From contig OY759598.1 in the NCBI GenBank assembly GCA_963662435.1, forward strand, positions 3,752,507 through 3,816,506: 64,000 bases of DNA, in the 5' to 3' direction. The translations under genes were made by a program, and so were the position numbers. Position 1 is the first letter of the stretch. Every line of letters starts with the position of its first letter. Source of the stretch: Dehalococcoidia bacterium. Its GTDB lineage: Bacteria > Chloroflexota > Dehalococcoidia > Lucifugimonadales > VXLM01. The notes beneath the pieces are model-generated. The model ran no database searches, was not told the origin of the DNA, and worked only from the letters and a program-made list of their open reading frames with translations. This document shows positions 57,318 through 64,000 of the stretch, in pieces.

Positions 57318-58184
57318 TTAGATCACGTCGAGACCGAGCAATCTCGCCCCGTTGTTGTGCGTGATGTCGTTGAAGTGGCCTTTGGACTCGCATGAGTTGC
57401 GGAGCAGCGCCAGCATGACCTCGCCGAGGCAGGCGCGAGAGGTGTCGTTTGGGTAATTCCCTCGTCCGTCATGGCAGGGACAGTCGGTGCCCCAGAGGAG
57501 TTTCTTGCGATGGCGCTTGAGGAAGTCGCGAGTGAAACCGGCATCCCTGAGGAGCGCAAGATAGCCGGAACGGGCGGAGAGGTCGCCATACAGGTTGGGA
57601 TATTCGGTGAGGAGACGGTCGGTCACTCCGATGGGCTTGATGGGTCCCATGGGGTAGTCGGAGAAATCGGGTGAGTTGGGGTCGGTGACGGCGTCGGCAC
57701 TGATGTTGGTCCACCATGCCATGGCGTGGCCGATGAACGTGGTCTCTGGCAAGGAGCGCACTACGTTTTCCAGTGCGGGGAAGTTGGTGCCGAAGGGGCC
57801 GGTGTAGTCCATGTGAATGAGGACCGGCCAGCCGAACTCTCCGCAGAGCCGGTAGATTTCCAAGTTGCGGGGATGGTCGACGGTCAGGCGGACCTTGTGC
57901 TCACCAAAGCCCTTCACGACGCCTGTGTCGTGGAGTGCGTGGAGGCGCGCAATTGCGTCGGGGCTGAGCGGGTCAACGTGGCAGAAGGCGACGGTGTCCT
58001 CCGGGTGGGACTCGTGGGCCCCAACTGTGTTCTGCGTGGACATCGAGTCGCTGTCCCCGGCAGCGGAGCTTGGGCCCGGCTCCAGTGGCAAAATGACCGA
58101 AACGCCTCCACCGTGGGCGTCGATGTGTTGACGCACGTTGTCGATTGTGCGGTTCGTGCCCAGATGCGTGTGAAAGTCGATCAT
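57318..58184 (-). CDS. Amidohydrolase_2 family protein
   Basis: IDFHTH, GFGEHK, VLIH, FIGH, WGTDCP. Confidence 0.87.
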   Translation of the reverse strand: MIDFHTHLGTNRTIDNVRQHIDAHGGGVSVILPLEPGPSSAAGDSDSMSTQNTVGAHESHPEDTVAFCHVDPLSPDAIARLHALHDTGVVKGFGEHKVRLTVDHPRNLEIYRLCGEFGWPVLIHMDYTGPFGTNFPALENVVRSLPETTFIGHAMAWWTNISADAVTDPNSPDFSDYPMGPIKPIGVTDRLLTEYPNLYGDLSARSGYLALLRDAGFTRDFLKRHRKKLLWGTDCPCHDGRGNYPNDTSRACLGEVMLALLRNSCESKGHFNDITHNNGARLLGLDVI

Positions 58185-59503
58185 GCGTGGGCTTTCGCCA
58201 ACCTGCCAGCGTGTGCGGCAACCTTGTCGAAGGCCGTCGCGTACTGGTCGATCAGGTCGTCCGCCGGGCGGGTGAAGCTCGGCAGCATGATCGTGTCATA
58301 GGGGACTTCTGGGTCTTCGGTCACGGGGAGGACAACATTCCTGTAGTCGATCTTCGTCGCATTTGGGCCGAGGACCTCCCAGAGGATGTCTTCCGTGCCG
58401 TGCTCGTTTCCGGCGAATACCGGGTGTTGATGGAGCATTCTCCAGAGTCCGTCGGTATGGGGGATGCGTGAGTCCTTCCGGGCAGGCGATGTTACTTGAG
58501 CGCCCTCGGCATTCAGGGCCTCGATGAGTCTTTCACGAGTGATGCCACCGAGCTTGTCCGGGTGGAATTCGATGTGGCCCGAAAAGTACGGGGAGGGGAA
58601 GTAGTTGGGGAAATCGGGGACGAAGAAGCCGTCGATCTCTGCGACGGCACGACCCAGCTTGGCGGCATTGTCGTGGCGGACGTCGAGGCGCTTGCGCCAG
58701 TGCTTCATCTGGACGGCCCCGATGGCCGCTGTGATCGTCGCCATTCGGTACTTCTCGCCAAAGCTGAATCCTGTGACGGCGCGCCACTTCGGGTCGGGAA
58801 GCTCTTTGAGCCTCTCATAGTGGCCGAGCGTCGCAGCGCGCTGGAAGACCTCGTCGGAGTTCGTCATGAAGACTCCCCCCTCACCGGCGGAGGTCAGCTT
58901 GCCGTCCTGGAAGCTGATGGCGGAGGCGTCCCCGATGGTGCCGAGCATGCGTCCGCGGTGGGTGGTCCCCTGCGAGACGGCGTTGTCCTCGACGACCTTC
59001 AGTCCGTGTCGGCGGGCGATGTCCATGAGCGCGTCCATGTTCGCCGGAATACCCTTCCAGTGGACGACCATGATGGCCTTGGTGCGAACGGTGATCTTGC
59101 TTTCGACATCGTCCGGGTCGAGCGTCAGGGTCAGTGGGTCGATGTCGGCAAAGACGGGCACGGCGCCGCAACCGACTATTGGCAGGCAGTTGAACGGGTG
59201 CACGGCAGACTGGGTGATGACCTCGTCGCCCGGAACCACTCCAACGCCGAATAGCGCAGTGCGGAGGGCGGTTGTGCCGCTGGAGTGGGCGATGGCATGT
59301 TTCGCGCCCCACGTCTCGGCGACGAGGGACTCCAGTTCGGTGATGGGTCCGGGGCCGTCAATGGCGCTGGAAAGGGAGTGGCTGCGGATGAGGTCAGCGG
59401 CGACCTGCGCCTCCTCCTCAGTGTAGATCGGCCACTGGGTGAATGGGGCTTGGTCAAGTGTTATGGCGGGGCTGCCGCCGAGTGCGGCAGGTTCATCAGT
59501 CAT
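58181..59503 (-). CDS. DegT/DnrJ/EryC1/StrS family PLP aminotransferase
   Basis: SSGTTAL, VVEDNA, SFQDGKLTSAGEGG. Confidence 0.92.
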   Translation of the reverse strand: MTDEPAALGGSPAITLDQAPFTQWPIYTEEEAQVAADLIRSHSLSSAIDGPGPITELESLVAETWGAKHAIAHSSGTTALRTALFGVGVVPGDEVITQSAVHPFNCLPIVGCGAVPVFADIDPLTLTLDPDDVESKITVRTKAIMVVHWKGIPANMDALMDIARRHGLKVVEDNAVSQGTTHRGRMLGTIGDASAISFQDGKLTSAGEGGVFMTNSDEVFQRAATLGHYERLKELPDPKWRAVTGFSFGEKYRMATITAAIGAVQMKHWRKRLDVRHDNAAKLGRAVAEIDGFFVPDFPNYFPSPYFSGHIEFHPDKLGGITRERLIEALNAEGAQVTSPARKDSRIPHTDGLWRMLHQHPVFAGNEHGTEDILWEVLGPNATKIDYRNVVLPVTEDPEVPYDTIMLPSFTRPADDLIDQYATAFDKVAAHAGRLAKAHA

Positions 59504-59525
59504 GTGAAGGCCCCCTTTCCTCGAT

Positions 59526-59552
59526 ACGGGCAGGTTTGAAACCTACCCCTAT
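59526..59552 (+). repeat. GTAG-type REP-like palindrome
   Basis: gggcaggtttgaaacctacccctat. Confidence 0.5.
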
Positions 59553-59606
59553 CGGATTCGTTCCGATCTTCGCACGGTAGAAAGGCTCGAATTCTATGGC
59601 AGCAGG

Positions 59607-61139
59607 CTACATGGAGTCCCATTCGTCGGGGAGGACCGGGGTGTAGTCCTTGTACTTTTCCTGCCAGAGTCGGATGCGCGAGGCGAGGTCGCGAATCGTG
59701 TGGCGGTACGCCTCGTCGTTGTAGAGATTGCGCAGCTCGTGTGGGTCGTTGTTGAGGTCGTAGAGCTCGCACTGGTCGCCGGGACTCAGGTGAAGCTTCA
59801 TGCCTTCTCGGGAGATGATGGCGCGGCGCGGCATGGACGAAACTCTCCGGACGGCGCGTTCGGGGATAGTCGTATCGAAGGGTGTTGTCGGGCGCCCGTC
59901 AGAGCCGTTCCACTGCACGATGACATCGTTTTCGCTGAGGTCGCACTTCCCCTCCAGCACGGGCACGCGGCTCTCGCCCTGGAGCTCGCGAGGGGCCTCT
60001 TGACCGAGGAGGTCGAGCAGGGTGGGAACGGCGTCTATGAGACCGATTCGGCCTTCGACGTGCCGCTGCTCGTCGGACAACCACGGCACGCGCATCAAGA
60101 AGGGGACGCGCATGGCTTCTTCGTACATCATCGTCTTGTGGAGGATCCCGTGGTCGCCCAGCATCTCTCCGTGCTCGCTGGTATAGACAATGATGGTGTC
60201 CTCGGCCTGGCCGCTCTCCTCCAGGGCGCGCATGATGCCGCCGACCGCCCTGTCGACCAGCGTAACCAACCCGAAGTACCGTGCGCGAATCTCTCGCCAT
60301 GACTCATCGTTAGATAGATCGAGACCATCTTCCACGGCGTTCCTGTAGTAGTCAGCCATCATCTGATGGAGAGCAGAGGTGTCCTCTCCCGGGCTTTGCA
60401 GGAATGCCGGACCGGTATTCAGTTCATCGCCGGAGTGGAGGTCGTCCAACGGGCCGGTGAAAGGGTTGTGAGGCTCGAAGAAGTTGACGTACAGCATGAA
60501 GGGCTGGTCATCGTCCGCCGACTCGCGGATGAAGCGCTCGACGGACCTTCCGAGGAACGAGGCCTTGGTGTGCTGTTCCGGCAACTGTGCGGCGAAAGGT
60601 CGACTGAAGACCGGCTGCTCATCGGGGAAACGCGCCCTCGCGTCGTCCTCGCCGTACTCCTTCGCCAGGGTCTCCCTGCCGTTCACGTCGGGTTCGATCC
60701 CCTGCGAGATGAGATAGTAATGATAGTCGGAGAATGTGCCCAGGTCGGTTGTGTCCGAGTAGTAGGGGCGGTAGAGGTCTTCGATGCTGACCCACTCGTC
60801 GAATCCGTGCTGCGGGCGTAGTTCGTCACCGAGGTGCCACTTGCCGAAATATCCCCTTCGATAGTTGTCCGAGACCAACTCGGCAATGGTCTTCGTCGCG
60901 GGCGAGAGGGGGACGTTGTTCACCGTGCATCCGCTGGTGTGGGGATACAGCCCGGTCAAGATGGTCGCGCGGGAGGGTGTGCAGACTGGCTGGCTGACGT
61001 AAGCGTTGTCGAATACGAAGCTGCGGCCAGCGAGTGCGTTGAGGTTCGGAGTCTCGATTTCGTTGTTGCCATAGCATGCCATGGTGTCGGCGCGCTGCTG
61101 GTCTGTGAAAATGAACAGGACGTTCGGCTGCTTTGGCAC
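59607..61139 (-). CDS. Cys-type formylglycine sulfatase
   Basis: PNVLFIFTDQ, CTPSR..LTG, GKWHLG, EHG, ELYDL..DP.E; no signal peptide. Confidence 0.93.
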   Translation of the reverse strand: MPKQPNVLFIFTDQQRADTMACYGNNEIETPNLNALAGRSFVFDNAYVSQPVCTPSRATILTGLYPHTSGCTVNNVPLSPATKTIAELVSDNYRRGYFGKWHLGDELRPQHGFDEWVSIEDLYRPYYSDTTDLGTFSDYHYYLISQGIEPDVNGRETLAKEYGEDDARARFPDEQPVFSRPFAAQLPEQHTKASFLGRSVERFIRESADDDQPFMLYVNFFEPHNPFTGPLDDLHSGDELNTGPAFLQSPGEDTSALHQMMADYYRNAVEDGLDLSNDESWREIRARYFGLVTLVDRAVGGIMRALEESGQAEDTIIVYTSEHGEMLGDHGILHKTMMYEEAMRVPFLMRVPWLSDEQRHVEGRIGLIDAVPTLLDLLGQEAPRELQGESRVPVLEGKCDLSENDVIVQWNGSDGRPTTPFDTTIPERAVRRVSSMPRRAIISREGMKLHLSPGDQCELYDLNNDPHELRNLYNDEAYRHTIRDLASRIRLWQEKYKDYTPVLPDEWDSM

Positions 61140-61217
61140 AGTCACTCTCCTTTTGCGCGGCGCCGGAGACCGGACCACGGGCCTGGTTCGCAGAAAGAGG
61201 AATCTGTCCAATAACGA

Positions 61218-62390
61218 TCAGCCACAGGAGACCTCCACCTCCCGCCCCGTTGCGGCGGACAGGTAGGCGGAATACGTCACGGCAACGACGTCTCGGCCAA
61301 GGGAACTTCCCGACTGTGGGGGGCGGCCGTCAACCACCGACTCACAGAAGTCCTGCATCTCATGGGGGAAGCCATTAATCCAGTCTTCGTCGGGGTTGGT
61401 GAACTGCCACCCGGCGGTGGTCTCTACCTTCTTGCGGACATACTCTTGAGAGAAGGCACGGTCGTCCGGTGAGTAGGCTACCACGGAGGTGTTGGGACTC
61501 ATGCCGATCTGTACGGTGGCCCGCCCGGCATACACGGTCATAACGTTCTGAATGCCGCCGAGGACCGTATCGGCAGCCGTAATCTGAGCGACGGTACCAT
61601 CGTCGAAGGTGACAATCATCGTTCCCCAGTCCTCGCAATCGACCCAACCGGAGCGGATGGTATGTTCATCCTCGCTCTCGAAGGCCTCGCTCTTCGTCAG
61701 GTTGGCGACGGAGCCCGTAACTCGGACGGGTCGGATTGGGCGTCCGAAGCGTCTCATGCCCTCGTCGTGCTTGAGGTAAAGGGTACCACCCAGGGGATGG
61801 CAGCCCTTCACCAGGAGGCTGCCGCCTCCGGCCGTCTTCCATTCCATCTGGTAGGGTGAGTGAGTTCCGCTGTGCGACTCTTCGCCGACTATGCGCAGGA
61901 TGGGGCTTTGTGTCGAAGCCAGGAGCCGTTTCGCCTTCTGAATTCCAGGGGCGTAGACCCAGTTTTCAGCGTACATGATGTGCTTTCCGGAGGAGCGTTC
62001 GGCCTCGATCATTCGATCGGCGCTCTCCAGGCCGTCTTCGAGGCAACGCAGCCAACCCTTCTCGTCGTGACCGCGACGAAAGCTGCCGGTGAGCGGTTTT
62101 TCGATGACCACGTGCTTGCCCGAATTCAATACCGCGATCGCGGTTTCCTCATGCAGGTTTGTGGGGGTGCAGACATCCACGAGATCGACATCGGGGTCGC
62201 CAAGGGCTTCCTCGAGGGTGTCGTAGGTCTTCTCGAATCCGTGGGCAGCGGCGAACTCGGAGGCAGCGTCAGGTCTGCGGCCCCAAACTCCCGTCAAGCG
62301 AACATCGATGCCGTGCACCCGCTTGTAGTTCTCGGCGTGGAAAGTCGCCGCGAACCCGTAGCCCAGCATTGCGACTCCGATTGACTTCAT
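61218..62390 (-). CDS. Gfo/Idh/MocA family oxidoreductase
   Basis: LGYGFAA, GKHVVIEKP, GGGSL..KGCH. Confidence 0.9.
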   Translation of the reverse strand: MKSIGVAMLGYGFAATFHAENYKRVHGIDVRLTGVWGRRPDAASEFAAAHGFEKTYDTLEEALGDPDVDLVDVCTPTNLHEETAIAVLNSGKHVVIEKPLTGSFRRGHDEKGWLRCLEDGLESADRMIEAERSSGKHIMYAENWVYAPGIQKAKRLLASTQSPILRIVGEESHSGTHSPYQMEWKTAGGGSLLVKGCHPLGGTLYLKHDEGMRRFGRPIRPVRVTGSVANLTKSEAFESEDEHTIRSGWVDCEDWGTMIVTFDDGTVAQITAADTVLGGIQNVMTVYAGRATVQIGMSPNTSVVAYSPDDRAFSQEYVRKKVETTAGWQFTNPDEDWINGFPHEMQDFCESVVDGRPPQSGSSLGRDVVAVTYSAYLSAATGREVEVSCG

Positions 62391-62483
62391 TCTGCCCCGC
62401 GCGTCCTCTTCATCATCCGACCTTCAGGCCTCGATGCCTACGATGATACCATGCCGTGCAAATGTCCCTATGTGAAAGGTGTC

Positions 62484-63329
62484 ATGGCGAGCCGGAATTT
62501 TGAGATGACGAGTGCAAGTGATGTGTCGCTCCGCATGATTGTGGAAAGCCATGGGTGGGTCGCCCTGGAACCTTGGGAGTGGGACGCCGAACGTGAGGTT
62601 TTGTCGCGAAACGATCTGCTCGAAGCACCGACGACCATCGCGGTTACCCAGGTCGGCCCTAGGGTGATCGAGGTCCGGGTGGAAGGAGAGGGGAGTCCGG
62701 CTGCTGAGACCTTCGAGGCGATTGTGGGAAGGTGGTTGTCTCTTGACTGGGACCCGAATGAAGCGATCGCGGTCGCTTCGAGGGTGGACGCAGAAGTTGC
62801 GGACCTGATACGAGCGGGAGGCGGACGTTTTCTGCGCGGTTCGAACTTCTACGAGGACTACCTCAAGACGGTCTGCACCGTACAGATCAACTGGGCCGGA
62901 ACAAAGCGGATGGCCTCACGCCTCGTGAATGAGATAGGTGAAGGCTACGTCCCCACGCCTGTCCGGATCATGGATGCCGGAGAGGCTGCGCTGCGGGAAC
63001 GGGCGTCAATGGGTTTCCGCGCCAAGGGGATCATGCTGTCTACGGAAAGGCTCCTCGAAGACGGACTCGTGGACGAGAGCGGCGTGGCGGCTGAGGAGGC
63101 GTTGACGTACGACGTACTGATTGCTCTCCACGGCATAGGTCCGTATGCGGCAAGCCATCTGCGAGTGTTGCTCAGCGACTTCAGTCGAGTGCCTGTCGAC
63201 TCCGAAGTTACTTCGTACTTTCGTGAGCGGCACGGCATTGGACCAAGAGAGGTCGAGCCGTTCCTGAAACGTTGGGGCGAGTACAAATTCCTGGGGTACC
63301 GGCTCTTGCGCCGGCTGGAGAATTACTAG
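62484..63329 (+). CDS. HhH-GPD DNA glycosylase-like protein (AlkA/OGG-like)
   Basis: FYED..KT..T, GFRA, LHGIGPYAA, PVDS, WG. Confidence 0.75.
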   Translation: MASRNFEMTSASDVSLRMIVESHGWVALEPWEWDAEREVLSRNDLLEAPTTIAVTQVGPRVIEVRVEGEGSPAAETFEAIVGRWLSLDWDPNEAIAVASRVDAEVADLIRAGGGRFLRGSNFYEDYLKTVCTVQINWAGTKRMASRLVNEIGEGYVPTPVRIMDAGEAALRERASMGFRAKGIMLSTERLLEDGLVDESGVAAEEALTYDVLIALHGIGPYAASHLRVLLSDFSRVPVDSEVTSYFRERHGIGPREVEPFLKRWGEYKFLGYRLLRRLENY

Positions 63330-64000
63330 CCGAAACGGGGAGCCGGCCAATCAGTGAGGCAGGTGAGAGCGTCGCTGGTATCCCACAGCCAGCGAGCGTG
63401 CTCTTCGTCATAGGTGACAGGGGCTGTTTCGCGCACAACGTTGTCGATGAAGTACTTTCCCGTGAGGCCTTCTACTTCCGGCGATACGGCGGCATAAAGG
63501 ACGGCTGACGCGCCTTCCTCCGGACTGCTGCCAAGGGTGGAGCCTGTACCAAACCCCGCCTCGTGAGACCCGCCCATATAGTCGTCGAGCAGCTTGGTGG
63601 CGATTACCCCCGGATGGAGGCAGGTGGCCGAAACGTCGGTGCCATCCAACCGGCGGGCAAGCTCGTATGTGAACAGGATGTTCGCCAACTTGGTCTTGCG
63701 GTAGACCTGGCTGGCCGTATAGTCACGGTCGGGTATGAAATCGTCCAACGTTAGAGGGCTCTTGCTGTGTACCTGAGATGAAACGGTGACGACACGCGCG
63801 GGAATGGATGACTTCAGGTCTTCGAGAAGCAGGTTCGTCAGAAGGAACGGAGCAAGGTGGTTTACTGCGAACTGGGTCTCAATGCCGTCGACGGTGAGTC
63901 GTCGGTGGGAGTCGATGGTCCCGGCGTTGTTGATGAGTACATGGAGCCGTGAATACCGGGACTTGAATGTCCTTGCCAGTTTGCGGATGGACCCTTGTGA
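63326..64000 (-). CDS. SDR oxidoreductase (retinol-dehydrogenase-like), N-terminus beyond the window
   Basis: LINNAG, NHLAPF, YRKTK, LHPG. Confidence 0.88.
   Translation of the reverse strand, partial: SQGSIRKLARTFKSRYSRLHVLINNAGTIDSHRRLTVDGIETQFAVNHLAPFLLTNLLLEDLKSSIPARVVTVSSQVHSKSPLTLDDFIPDRDYTASQVYRKTKLANILFTYELARRLDGTDVSATCLHPGVIATKLLDDYMGGSHEAGFGTGSTLGSSPEEGASAVLYAAVSPEVEGLTGKYFIDNVVRETAPVTYDEEHARWLWDTSDALTCLTDWPAPRFG

Noticed and set aside
1..64000. CRISPR array, tRNA/rRNA, integrase or IS transposase
   Set aside because: No regularly spaced direct repeats, cloverleaf/T-loop signatures or transposase/recombinase motifs found by eye

Overview
A 64 kb, high-GC bacterial chromosome segment. 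Gene content and style suggest Chloroflexota (Dehalococcoidia/SAR202-like), possibly host-associated such as a sponge symbiont. This is an inference from the Pro/Thr-linker lipoproteins, signal-less DUF1800/DUF1501/NHL genes, plant-type LRR surface protein and many catabolic oxidoreductases and amidohydrolases. Housekeeping genes: ftsH, yceD-rpmF-fabD-nusB-acpP, thrB, mutS2, mnmA, rnhB, yraN. Also present: several ABC and MFS transporters, two type II toxin-antitoxin pairs, a low-GC PIN-domain gene, a PLP histidine/serine-type decarboxylase with an ACT protein, a double-cupredoxin lipoprotein, a sulfatase/aminotransferase/amidohydrolase catabolic run, and several families of REP-like palindromes. 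I saw no rRNA, tRNA, CRISPR array, integrase or transposase. Best leads: (i) the orphan low-GC PIN-plus-unknown-domain gene as a defence candidate; (ii) a cytoplasmic DUF1800-DUF1501-NHL-ABM operon; (iii) a cupredoxin domain with His at the axial-Met position; (iv) a promoter-driven multi-stem RNA candidate at 12.5 kb; (v) a recurrent 18-bp -35/-10 spacer. All family calls come from motif recognition by eye, with no database searches.
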